From: Promethearchaeota archaeon
GTDB taxonomy: Archaea; Asgardarchaeota; Lokiarchaeia; Sigyniarchaeales; SOKP01
DNA: 34,105 bases
Assembly: GCA_018238625.1 (NCBI GenBank)
Contig: JABCSY010000042.1
Location: 1 to 34,105 of the forward strand
Direction of reading: 5' to 3'
Shown here one piece after another: positions 9,207-18,709 of the stretch (position 1 is the stretch's first letter; each line of letters opens with the position of its first letter). Both the position numbers and the translations under genes were made by a program. The notes beneath the pieces were generated by a model that was not told the origin of the DNA, made no database searches, and saw nothing but the letters and a program-made list of their open reading frames with translations.

Positions 9207-10376
9207 ATGTCTCACAAATCTCAGATTTTTGTAGTAAAAACGTCTCCAAATACAGTTTTGGAAGATTATAAAAAATTAATGCGGTTAGCAGAATATGAAA
9301 AGTTTTACGATAAAAATGACAAAACCATCTTAAAATTAAATTTAAGTTGGTCAAAATTTTTCCCCTCGTGCTCCAGTCCACCATGGCAAGTGGAAGGAGT
9401 GCTAAAAACTATGGTTGAAGATGGATATAATCCAAAAAAAATCTTTACTGCTGAAAATAGAACAGTCGTGACGAACATCGAAAAGGGGCTAAAAGGAAAC
9501 AAATGGGGGCCTATCATCAAGAGATATGGGGCGTGGTTTGTACCGTTAACGCGGGTTCCTTTTGTGCCGTATGAATCGCTAAGACACAGATTTATTTCGT
9601 TGAAAAACAGGCAGTTGCACGTTCTTGATTCTAAAATATTTCCAGAAGGTTTTAAAATTCCAGAATTTTACATGGGGAAATCCATAATTCACCTTCCAAC
9701 CATGAAAACTCACGGCCATACGGGGGCGATCGGAGGTTCGTTAAAACAAACCAAGGAAGAAATGAAGAATGGGGGTATAACATGCTCTATGAAAAATGCC
9801 TTCGGTGGTCTTTTAACCAAGCGTAGACATTTTAGTCACCAATTTATGTCTGAAGTATTAGTAGATTTGTTAATAATTCAAAAACAAATTCACCCGAACA
9901 TTATGGCGGTAGTAGATGGGACTGTGTGTGGGGATGGGGCGGGACCAAGAACTATGATTCCTCGTATAAAAAACTATCTCCTTGCGGGGTACGATCAAGT
10001 CGCCGTTGACGCTGTTGTCGCAAAAATGTTGGGATTTGAACCTTTAAAACTACCAGCTATAAAAATGGCACATGAAGAAGGGTTAGGCTGCGGGGACGTC
10101 GCAGATATTGAGTTTATTGGAGAAGATGTATCGAACATAAATTGGAATTTTAAAGTAAAACGCAGTTTGGTAATTTGGGGAGATCAAATGGTTAGAAAAG
10201 GATCCTTACAGTTTTTAAATCCATTATTACAAAATAAAATCTTTTTTACCTTTCCAATTTTAGGTTCCTTAATCTTTCATGATATGCTATGGTACCCTAC
10301 AATAGGCAAGAAAAGAACAAATAATTTCCTCAAAACAGGATGGGGAAAACTTTTTAAAGATTATCCCAATAATTAG
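9207..10376 (+). CDS. DUF362 family protein (putative Fe-S binding)
   Basis: LKLNLSW, LPTMKTH, MKNAFGG, VVDGTVCGDGAGP and DQVAVDAV motifs. Confidence 0.85.
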   Translation: MSHKSQIFVVKTSPNTVLEDYKKLMRLAEYEKFYDKNDKTILKLNLSWSKFFPSCSSPPWQVEGVLKTMVEDGYNPKKIFTAENRTVVTNIEKGLKGNKWGPIIKRYGAWFVPLTRVPFVPYESLRHRFISLKNRQLHVLDSKIFPEGFKIPEFYMGKSIIHLPTMKTHGHTGAIGGSLKQTKEEMKNGGITCSMKNAFGGLLTKRRHFSHQFMSEVLVDLLIIQKQIHPNIMAVVDGTVCGDGAGPRTMIPRIKNYLLAGYDQVAVDAVVAKMLGFEPLKLPAIKMAHEEGLGCGDVADIEFIGEDVSNINWNFKVKRSLVIWGDQMVRKGSLQFLNPLLQNKIFFTFPILGSLIFHDMLWYPTIGKKRTNNFLKTGWGKLFKDYPNN

Positions 10377-11167
10377 GAGTTAATTTCTTTCGCATCTTTA
10401 AGAACTCCCTCAATTAAATTTTTAAAATTAAGATTAAATTTCTTTTCTATTCGAATATGGATCAAAAATTCAACAGCCCCTCCTTTTCCTAAAATAGGAG
10501 AAACCATTATACCCTTAGGAAAGAACGAATTCTCAACATTCCATTCCATTAAGTTAAGTAAAATCTGGTAAAGATTTTCAGAATCTTTTATTGCTTTTAA
10601 TTTGGTTTCTTCGCGAAAGTTTGTCTCAAAAATAGGTTTAACTAAAACAACAATATCTCCATTTTTCTTCAAATAATTCTTAGTGTTAGGTAGTACTGAC
10701 TTGAGCGAAGAGAAAGTTACGTCTATTGTTACAATGTCTACTTTATTGGGTAGAGTTTTCAAATGTCTAGCATCGACTCCTAATACTTCGACAATCTTTT
10801 CATTCTTGCATTTTAATGAAGGATGAAGTATATCTATTGCAGTATCAATTGCGTAAATTTTATTCGCTCCACATTGCAATAAGCAATCTGTAAAACCTCC
10901 AATTGAAGCTCCAATGTCTGCGCAAACCTTTCCTTTAACTGAGATAGAAAAACGCTCTAACGCCGCTTCTAATTTAAGTCCACCCCGCCCAACGTAAGGA
11001 AATTTGCGCGTTAATTGGATATCAGAAGTGTTTTCAAATTTTTTTCCCGGCTTAGTATTTATTACATCGTTTACATACACATATCCCTTTCTTATTAACC
11101 ACTGTGCTTTTGTTCTACTCTCTACTAACCTCCTTTCCACTAATAGGATGTCTAAGCGTTCTTTCAT
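10373..11167 (-). CDS. tlyA: TlyA-family rRNA 2'-O-methyltransferase (S4 + FtsJ domains)
   Basis: MKERLDILLVERRLVESRTKAQ S4 domain, YVGRGGLKL, DIGASIGGFTDCLLQ and LVKPIFE; the ATG at 11167 is preferred. Confidence 0.93.
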   Translation of the reverse strand: MKERLDILLVERRLVESRTKAQWLIRKGYVYVNDVINTKPGKKFENTSDIQLTRKFPYVGRGGLKLEAALERFSISVKGKVCADIGASIGGFTDCLLQCGANKIYAIDTAIDILHPSLKCKNEKIVEVLGVDARHLKTLPNKVDIVTIDVTFSSLKSVLPNTKNYLKKNGDIVVLVKPIFETNFREETKLKAIKDSENLYQILLNLMEWNVENSFFPKGIMVSPILGKGGAVEFLIHIRIEKKFNLNFKNLIEGVLKDAKEINS

Positions 11168-11288
11168 CTTTTCAGCATAAAAATATTTTAATATCAATTG
11201 GTAATAACGATGAAAATAATAAAATTATTATTATGAATTTATGAAAAAAGTCGAATTTTAAATTCTTAAAATAAAAACTAAATGTGAT

Positions 11289-11798
11289 ATGTCTAATTTT
11301 TTTGTTGATTATCATTACTTTAGTCAGATTGTAAACATAAAAAAGAAATTCTTTAACACAGAATTGAAGTTTTTTAAATTCTTTTTTGAAATTACAAAAA
11401 TCGTTCCTGTATTTGTAATTGTCAGAAGTCCGTTTGTGTTCTATTTTGTTAAACCAGTAGATTTTTTTATGGCTAAATTTTTTCTAAGAAAATTAAGATA
11501 TAGACTCAATGGTAAAAAAATTTCAATAATCCGCGCTGAAACCACTTTATTAAGGCTAATTTTCAGTTTTTTTGACGACGTTTACATTCATAACGTAAAA
11601 TTGGTTGAAAAAACAAATGGAACTTTAATTGATGTATTATTTTTATTTGATAAAGATAGGGCTGTTGCCGTTGGAAATGAAGGCGGTTATATTAAAGCCG
11701 TTAATTTTATCTTTAGAAATTTCATTTCTTTTGATAGTTCTTTTAACAAGATCGAAAAAGATCCGGTAGAAATAAGATGTACTAAAACTAGTTTATAA
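11289..11798 (+). CDS. Degenerate archaeal NusA-like KH-domain protein
   Basis: GKKISII...IHNVKLVEK and DRAVAVGNEGGYIK match the archaeal NusA inter-KH region and second KH loop by eye. Confidence 0.65.
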   Translation: MSNFFVDYHYFSQIVNIKKKFFNTELKFFKFFFEITKIVPVFVIVRSPFVFYFVKPVDFFMAKFFLRKLRYRLNGKKISIIRAETTLLRLIFSFFDDVYIHNVKLVEKTNGTLIDVLFLFDKDRAVAVGNEGGYIKAVNFIFRNFISFDSSFNKIEKDPVEIRCTKTSL

Positions 11799-11823
11799 TC
11801 AAGACGGATTTTTTATCTTGTAG

Positions 11824-12918
11824 TTAGTGTCTATTTTTTTCCTCGATTCTACTTGCTAAATAAAAACTTATTTTACCTAATATTACTTTAATTGAAGCTT
11901 TCCAACCCCAAGTTTTGTATATTTGCCTTAATATCAAGCCAAACAAAATAAAAGAAAATGCTACGGCTATCCATATGCTAAATGGGTCTAAGCTGTTTAA
12001 AAAAATAAAATACATCAAATTATGCCCTAAATAAACGGTAAAGGAATAATAAGAGAAGTAAAACAACAGTTTATAACTTCTTTTAGTTTTAAAAATGTTA
12101 AATTCCTCAAGAGCTATTAATATTAACAATAATGTTAAATCAACACCTAACGTATAAATCAGCCAAGAAAAACTACTTCTGATTAGAAAACTTGGAAAAT
12201 CAAATATTAAGCCAAAAAAAATTAACAATAAACCTAAGATACACATTGATAAAAATATTTTTTTTTTCAACTCATTTTTTCTGTTTTGTGGTTTTTTATT
12301 CAAATTTATCTCATGTAAGACATCTCCAACAACAGTTCCAAAAAGAAAAAAGGGAAAAAAGTTAAGTAAAGTGTCTTGACCTAAATCGTTATATAAAATG
12401 TGATATAAGACGCCTTGTAGTGTTGTTAAACCTTGATATGGAGATAAGAAATTATAAATAAATTGATTTATGATCCAAATCGAAAAACCAATAAAAATCC
12501 TAGTTTTTTTTGATAATTTAAATAATGGCCATGTTATAAGCAAGGAAAAGGCAGCAGTCATTAATACAAACCAAGTCCAAATCCACGATAAGTTATCTAT
12601 CGAAAGGGCTATTGCAAAATTATAACTTAAAGCAATTATTAATAGAAAAAACGCTCGAAAATAGTAAGAACTTTTTACTGTCGAATATTTTAGCTCGTTC
12701 AATATCTCAACTCTATAAATTCGAGATCGATACGATATAGCTATACTTACGCCTGAAATAAATAAAAACCCAGAAGCCCCAATCGGATCCAAAATACTAT
12801 GAGTAAAATTTGTTATAGAAATATATTCGGGTTTAAGCCACCAGTCTAGTAGATGACCTAAGAACATCCAACCCATACATATTCCGCGAAATATATCAAT
12901 ACTTTTGAGTCTTTTCAT
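11824..12918 (-). CDS. HGSNAT/DUF1624-family membrane acyltransferase, paralog 1
   Basis: KRLKSIDIFRG..M..M..GH N-terminal motif, FLFISGVS, YSFTVYLGH and multiple TM segments. An alternative TTG start is at 12927. Confidence 0.85.
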   Translation of the reverse strand: MKRLKSIDIFRGICMGWMFLGHLLDWWLKPEYISITNFTHSILDPIGASGFLFISGVSIAISYRSRIYRVEILNELKYSTVKSSYYFRAFFLLIIALSYNFAIALSIDNLSWIWTWFVLMTAAFSLLITWPLFKLSKKTRIFIGFSIWIINQFIYNFLSPYQGLTTLQGVLYHILYNDLGQDTLLNFFPFFLFGTVVGDVLHEINLNKKPQNRKNELKKKIFLSMCILGLLLIFFGLIFDFPSFLIRSSFSWLIYTLGVDLTLLLILIALEEFNIFKTKRSYKLLFYFSYYSFTVYLGHNLMYFIFLNSLDPFSIWIAVAFSFILFGLILRQIYKTWGWKASIKVILGKISFYLASRIEEKNRH

Positions 12919-12972
12919 TAATTTCAAAAAATTTTCGTTAATTAAACTTAATATTTAGAATTTAATTCTAAA

Positions 12973-14070
12973 CTAATTAAAATTTTTTCTATTATCGATT
13001 AATTTAGCAATTCCCAGACTCAACCTACCTATATGTGCTTTTATAGAGAAATTAGAGCCCCATTTATTATAGATGCTCCTTAAGGCAAATCCTATGAGTA
13101 TTATTGTTGTTGACATGTAAATCCAAATGTTAAATGGATACAAACTATCTAAAAATAGAAAATATAATAAATTATGTAAGAGGTATATCGTAAAGGAGTA
13201 ATAAGAAAAATAAGAGAGAAATCGGTATCTTTTTTGAGTATCAAGCTTTCCAATTTCTTCTATTCGCAGAATAATTGCAAACATTATTAATTCAATTCCT
13301 AAAGAATAAAAAAACCAAGAAAACGTTCGATGATGCAAAAAGTTTGGATATTGAAAGATAACCCCAAATGCAATCAAAATTACTCCTGATATTAATGAAG
13401 GAATTAGAAATTTTCTCATAAATACTTCTTTTTTAACCATTTTGTTATCATCTGAATATAAATCGTAAAGAACATCTCCTACAACAGTACCTATAACAAA
13501 AAACGTAAAAAACGATAATATCGGGTCTAATTCCAGGTTATTGTACAATACATAATATAAAACACCAAAAGGATTATTCTGACCGACATATCCCAATAAA
13601 AAGTTTATTAATATTTGGTTTAGAACCCATAAACTTATTCCAAAACAGATTCTAAATAGCTTCGATGTTTTAAACAAAGGCCAACTCATAAAAAGTGAAA
13701 TTGAAATAGTAAGAAGAATAAACCAATTCCATACAATAGATAGATCATGAAACATTACTGCAACAAATGTGTTATAAAGCAAAGCAATTATTAAAATAAA
13801 AAAAGCTCGAGAGAAATACTCGTTTTTTAGAGTTTTTTTACTGTAAGATTTCGATATTTCGGTCTTTTTAGTTCTGCTTCTATACGATAAAATTGCGCTT
13901 ACTCCAGAAAGAAATAAAAAGGATCCCGATCCTATTGGATCTGCAATTGCTCTATATACATCAAAGAACCACATGCTCTCTTGAGTAAGGTACCATTCAG
14001 TCATATGACCCACGATCATATGCACCATGCTTAATCCGCGCAGTATATCTATAGTTTTAAATCTTTTCAA
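12973..14070 (-). CDS. HGSNAT/DUF1624-family membrane acyltransferase, paralog 2
   Basis: KRFKTIDILRG..M..M..GH, FLFLSGVS and YSFTIYLLH; TTG start preceded by an SD-like GGGG. Confidence 0.85.
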   Translation of the reverse strand: MKRFKTIDILRGLSMVHMIVGHMTEWYLTQESMWFFDVYRAIADPIGSGSFLFLSGVSAILSYRSRTKKTEISKSYSKKTLKNEYFSRAFFILIIALLYNTFVAVMFHDLSIVWNWFILLTISISLFMSWPLFKTSKLFRICFGISLWVLNQILINFLLGYVGQNNPFGVLYYVLYNNLELDPILSFFTFFVIGTVVGDVLYDLYSDDNKMVKKEVFMRKFLIPSLISGVILIAFGVIFQYPNFLHHRTFSWFFYSLGIELIMFAIILRIEEIGKLDTQKRYRFLSYFSYYSFTIYLLHNLLYFLFLDSLYPFNIWIYMSTTIILIGFALRSIYNKWGSNFSIKAHIGRLSLGIAKLIDNRKNFN

Positions 14071-14178
14071 TTACAGTATCCCCAAAGCTCTAAGTGATAT
14101 GGATAGAAATAATTTTTGAAACTTTTTAAATTAGTAATTTGATGAAATTATTCAAAATTATTAAATTTTCAGATACAT

Positions 14179-15033
14179 CTAACAATTTCTTATTTCATTA
14201 ATCAATCGAGTAGACTCTTTAAGTGAGATTTCTCCGCTCAACACTTTTTCAGCAATTTCTCCCAGTGTATTAATATTTTCATCAATCTTTTTAAAATTCA
14301 TCTTGAATGACACTTCATTTTGTAATTTATGTAATCCTTTTTGTTTATAAATTGAGTTATAATTTTTCTCGTTTACTTCAATACCTTTCCTAAATGCTAA
14401 AATTAATGCTGAGATTTCGTCTTTAGAAAAATTTCGTTCTTTTTGTTTTTTAATTATTCTCATTTTCGATGATTTGTATTCATTAATTAAAAATATACTA
14501 ACGCTCTTTCTCCCGTGTAAAAATTTAAAAATATCTTCTATTAATTCATACGTAAATGAGGGGACTCCCATTCCTAATTTAAAAGTTAACACCATTAAAT
14601 TTGGGTTGCTATCTTGAAAAGTATGAATAGCATTCATTATAGCTGCCAATAACTCACCTTTTTCGTAACAACAAAAAGAATCTAAATAATAATCATCCAA
14701 AAAGATCATTAGTCCAATTCTCTTTCCTGGATCGATTGAAAAAGTTAAACTTAAGTAGTTATTTTTATATTCTATACGATATGCAGCAATTACTCTCAGT
14801 AGATATTGCTCGAAATTCTCGCCTTTCGAATATACAAGAAAATTTACCTTAAGATCTTTGTTATAATACTTTTTAAATTCATCCCGCGTTGTTAAGATAA
14901 TGGATGGAGCGTTTGGAATTTTATTTCCAGGATTTAATATTTCAACTTTAATTCTTTTTTCAATTAATCTTTTATTTATTTTATAAAAAAAGTTCAGATT
15001 CTCCGTTAATATAAATAAAGGTTTATTTTTCAA
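14179..15033 (-). CDS. RNase H-fold (YqgF/RuvC-like) protein
   Basis: FSIDPGKRIGL first-strand motif, then FKLGMG, LINEYKSS and KDEISALILA, giving a YqgF-like D..E..D layout. Confidence 0.6.
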   Translation of the reverse strand: MKNKPLFILTENLNFFYKINKRLIEKRIKVEILNPGNKIPNAPSIILTTRDEFKKYYNKDLKVNFLVYSKGENFEQYLLRVIAAYRIEYKNNYLSLTFSIDPGKRIGLMIFLDDYYLDSFCCYEKGELLAAIMNAIHTFQDSNPNLMVLTFKLGMGVPSFTYELIEDIFKFLHGRKSVSIFLINEYKSSKMRIIKKQKERNFSKDEISALILAFRKGIEVNEKNYNSIYKQKGLHKLQNEVSFKMNFKKIDENINTLGEIAEKVLSGEISLKESTRLINEIRNC

Positions 15034-15075
15034 ATTATTAATATAAATTAAAGATTTAATTAAAAATTTTTAATT

Positions 15076-15780
15076 ATGGATTTTCCTATCAAACAAATAG
15101 ACGATTTCTTTAATTCAATTGATACCTTCGAGGGAATCACTTCACTATGGGGCGATTTTGGTGTTGGTAAAACTACTTTATCGCTCCAAACAGCTTATAT
15201 TAACGCGTTAAGTGGCTCTAAGGTAATTTATATATATAGCAAACCAAATTTCCCTTACAATAAAATTGATTCTGTTATTGAAAAGAATTTAGATGAAGTT
15301 TTAGACAATATTTTGTTTAGCAAGGCAATAACTTTTGAAGTTTTATTAAACCTTGTTTTTAATTTAGAGTTTATCATTATTGATGATTTAAAAAACGGTG
15401 ATAGAACTTTTAATTTAGTTGTAATTGATTCAATAACCGATTTATATGGATTAGAATTACAACAAGATAAAAAAGGAAAAAATTTCATTCTGAATTATAA
15501 ATTGAATCAAATGTTAGCTAATTTAACTTTTTTAAATAAAAAATATCATGTTGATGTTTTAATTGTAAATGAACTTAGCAGAAAAACTCAAGAGGGCCAA
15601 ACTTATGAAGTGGAACGCGGTGGTAAAGTTATGGAATATTGGGTAAAAAATTCTATCAAAATTGAACGAACTGATAAACTTAACCACCGCAAGTTTTTTT
15701 TAATGAAAGGGAAAAGTAATAATTCGCTCGTGTTTTATACTAGATTAAATAAACAAGGTTTTGAAGAAGACCTCAAATGA
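15076..15780 (+). CDS. RadB-like RecA-family ATPase (core only)
   Basis: Walker A GDFGVGKT, KVIYI, Walker B VVIDSI, VLIVNE and GGKVMEYW. Confidence 0.8.
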   Translation: MDFPIKQIDDFFNSIDTFEGITSLWGDFGVGKTTLSLQTAYINALSGSKVIYIYSKPNFPYNKIDSVIEKNLDEVLDNILFSKAITFEVLLNLVFNLEFIIIDDLKNGDRTFNLVVIDSITDLYGLELQQDKKGKNFILNYKLNQMLANLTFLNKKYHVDVLIVNELSRKTQEGQTYEVERGGKVMEYWVKNSIKIERTDKLNHRKFFLMKGKSNNSLVFYTRLNKQGFEEDLK

Positions 15781-15789
15781 GTTGTTATA

Positions 15790-16782
15790 ATGAGCGAGAA
15801 AAGAGAAAATGTGAAATTGTCAAAATGGTTGGATAAAAACATCCCTCATTATTTTTCAAATAAAAGCGATTTAATAGAAATCATAGAAATTATTGCTGAA
15901 GCAACTATTCCTATTCGTGGGTTATTAGAAAGGGGCATCACCTCTCGCGAAATTGAGCAGAGAATGAATCTTGAAAAAGTAAAAGAAAAGACTATAAATG
16001 TTTACGGCGAATCCCAAATTCACGAAGATGTATTAACGCACAGCATCATATTAAAAGCGCTTCAAGAAAGCGATACAGATTTTCTTTTTGTAGCTTCTGA
16101 AGAAGCAGAGCCCGTTTTAAGCGATGGAAAATTTGGTATAACGATAGATCCTGTTGATGGCTCGTCAAATGTTATAGTAAATAGGACTGTTGGGACGATT
16201 GTGGGAATCTATGACGAGGCGGGGAGCATTGTATGTAGTTTCTATGTACTTTATGGGATTTATACTAATTTAATCTTAGCGCTTAATGGACAAGTTGCAG
16301 AATTCATTCTGGATAAATCCCAATATTCCATGACTTTTTACCACTATGTCTTTCAAGAATTAAAGAATTTGCCCAACAAAGAAGAGGGGGGCATTAGATG
16401 TCTTGGAGGTGATTCTATGGGATGGACAGACAAATGTAAGGCTTATGAACAAGTATTAATTAATCATCATTTTAAAAATCGCTATAGCGGAAGCTTTGTG
16501 GGTGATTTTCATGCAATCATAACTTATGGTGGAATTTATTCATACTTTCCTTCGCCAAACCCAAAGATTCGCGTATATTATGAGTGGCTTCCGTTAGCTT
16601 TTATCATTAAAACTTTAAACGGAGAATTTTTAATTATTGGAAGTACTGAAGACCCTAACAAAGTAAAAAAGATTGAACATATTGAGCCTTTAACTAAGTC
16701 TAACGTGAATAAGATACATGATATAACTTCTGGTGGTTTATTGGGGAGCGCAATACCCGTTAACCTCTTTTTATCGCTCTAA
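15790..16782 (+). CDS. fbp: Class I fructose-1,6-bisphosphatase / SBPase-like
   Basis: NVYGESQ, ASEE, IDPVDGSSN, RYSGSFVGDFH and KIRVYYEWLPLAF. Confidence 0.85.
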   Translation: MSEKRENVKLSKWLDKNIPHYFSNKSDLIEIIEIIAEATIPIRGLLERGITSREIEQRMNLEKVKEKTINVYGESQIHEDVLTHSIILKALQESDTDFLFVASEEAEPVLSDGKFGITIDPVDGSSNVIVNRTVGTIVGIYDEAGSIVCSFYVLYGIYTNLILALNGQVAEFILDKSQYSMTFYHYVFQELKNLPNKEEGGIRCLGGDSMGWTDKCKAYEQVLINHHFKNRYSGSFVGDFHAIITYGGIYSYFPSPNPKIRVYYEWLPLAFIIKTLNGEFLIIGSTEDPNKVKKIEHIEPLTKSNVNKIHDITSGGLLGSAIPVNLFLSL

Positions 16783-16840
16783 AAGAGTTTATACATATAT
16801 CTAATTTATAAATTAACTTGAGTAAAATGACTATTCTAAT

Positions 16841-18058
16841 ATGAAGATTGGAAATCTCAACCTAAATAATAACAAATATGTCAAAAAACAAGAAGGTTCT
16901 GTAGAGTTCTATTTATATAAGAATGACAACGATAGTATACCTTCCAAATCAATGGATGTTTTTTATAATGAAAAAATGGAAATAAACCGAGATATTTCAA
17001 TTTTAGCTATACTAACGTATAATAAACTGATTAATCGAGATTCGTTGGTAATGGTAGATTGTATGGCCGCTTCGGGCATAGGACCTATTAGATTGTTAAA
17101 AGCTTCCAATAATTTCAAAAAAGTATTTATTAACGATATTAACCCGATAGCTGTAAAGCTTATTAAAAAAAATTTAAAGCTAAACGATTTAGAAAAAAAT
17201 ACTCAAATCATCTCCTCACACAAAGATGCCAATTTATTATGTATAGAAATGATTGAAAGCCCCGATGTAATCTCAATTGATCCTTTTGGCACTCCAAACA
17301 TATATATTGATTCTGCATTTAAATCGATTAAGAAAGAAAATGGATTGTTATGTATAACGGCCACAGATACCGCAGTATTATTTGGTGTAAAACCAAAAGC
17401 TTGCATTAGAAAATACATGTCTAAACCACTGCACACGAAATATTGTAAAGAAATTGGAGCAAGGATACTAATATATTATATTTCAAGAATCGCTAATGTT
17501 AACAATTTAGGAATAATTCCGTTGTTAACTTTTTATTCAAATCATTTCGTAAGAATTTTTGCCCTTACATACAAAAGTAAAGCGAAGATTTTTAAGGACT
17601 TATCAAAGAGTTATGGATATATTATCCATTGCAACAATTGCGGGTATCGCTCGTCCGTTTTAAACGATATTTTAACGATTCCTCAAAAATGCCCATCATG
17701 TTTAAAAGAAGAACCATTGTCGTATTCTGGACCCTTGTGGATTAAAGAATTACATGAAAGATATTTTCTTGAAGATATAATTCATTTAAATGAAAAATTC
17801 AATTTCAAGAGTAAAAATAGAATAGCAAAAATTATTAGATACGCATTAGATGAAATAGACATGCCCGTTTCTTACTATAACATACATAAATTATGTCAAC
17901 AACTAAAGCTCCCATCAATTCCCAAAATCGAAAAATTGATTGAAGCAATTGGCAAAAGCGGTTATTCGGCATCAAGAACTCATTTTGATTTTATATCAAT
18001 TAAAACAGATATGGGAATTAATGCGTTAAAAAATATACTAAAAAATATAACAAATTAA
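16841..18058 (+). CDS. trm1: tRNA (guanine26-N2)-dimethyltransferase
   Basis: VFYN..M..NRD, AASGI, NDIN, IDPFGTP, LCITATDTAVLFG, a Zn ribbon, GPLW and SRTHF. Confidence 0.95.
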   Translation: MKIGNLNLNNNKYVKKQEGSVEFYLYKNDNDSIPSKSMDVFYNEKMEINRDISILAILTYNKLINRDSLVMVDCMAASGIGPIRLLKASNNFKKVFINDINPIAVKLIKKNLKLNDLEKNTQIISSHKDANLLCIEMIESPDVISIDPFGTPNIYIDSAFKSIKKENGLLCITATDTAVLFGVKPKACIRKYMSKPLHTKYCKEIGARILIYYISRIANVNNLGIIPLLTFYSNHFVRIFALTYKSKAKIFKDLSKSYGYIIHCNNCGYRSSVLNDILTIPQKCPSCLKEEPLSYSGPLWIKELHERYFLEDIIHLNEKFNFKSKNRIAKIIRYALDEIDMPVSYYNIHKLCQQLKLPSIPKIEKLIEAIGKSGYSASRTHFDFISIKTDMGINALKNILKNITN

Positions 18059-18073
18059 ATAGGAATATGGACC

Positions 18074-18709
18074 ATGCCAAAGGCAGCAGAAGAACACAAG
18101 AAAGACGCAGCGTATAAACAAGCTAAACGTAAAGGATATAGGGCCCGTTCAGCATTTAAATTACTTGATATACAAAGAAGATTCACCATTTTTAAAAGAG
18201 CCTTTTATATATTGGATTTGGGTAGCACTCCAGGTTCATGGCTTCAAGTTGCGAAGAAATTTGCTGAAGAAAATTTATCAAAATATAACGATAATTATTA
18301 TCACCGAGATCATTATAAAATTATGGGTATAGATATAAAACGCATAACGCCTATTGAAAATATTAACACAGTTCGAATGGATTTTACTACGCCTGAGTTT
18401 CAAATTGAAGTTGAAAAATACTTCGAAGGAGAAAAACTAGATCTTATATTATCTGATGCCAGTATCAAAAAATCAGGAAATAAATTTAGTGATCAAGCCA
18501 TGCAAGTAAAACTCTGTTTTAAAATTCTTGAACTTACAAAATTTTTAAAATTTAAGGGAAACTTCGTAATAAAAATATTTCAAGGAAATGACTACGAAGA
18601 GTTTTACAAGAAAATGAAGCAAAACTTTTCGATCGTAAAAAGCCTTAAACCAAAAAGTTCTAATAAGAAAAGCAACGAAATCTATCTAATTGGATTAAGG
18701 AAAAAATAA
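18074..18709 (+). CDS. rlmE: 23S rRNA Um2552 2'-O-methyltransferase RlmE/FtsJ
   Basis: GYRARSAFKL, DLGSTPGSWLQV, ILSDA, FVIKIFQG and SNEIY (K-D-K-E tetrad intact). Confidence 0.93.
   Translation: MPKAAEEHKKDAAYKQAKRKGYRARSAFKLLDIQRRFTIFKRAFYILDLGSTPGSWLQVAKKFAEENLSKYNDNYYHRDHYKIMGIDIKRITPIENINTVRMDFTTPEFQIEVEKYFEGEKLDLILSDASIKKSGNKFSDQAMQVKLCFKILELTKFLKFKGNFVIKIFQGNDYEEFYKKMKQNFSIVKSLKPKSSNKKSNEIYLIGLRKK

Noticed and set aside
15778-15792. radB-like TGA is in frame with the fbp ATG (tga gtt gtt ata atg), a possible readthrough fusion
   Set aside because: This has a one-in-three chance, both proteins are complete alone, and no recoding signal is visible.
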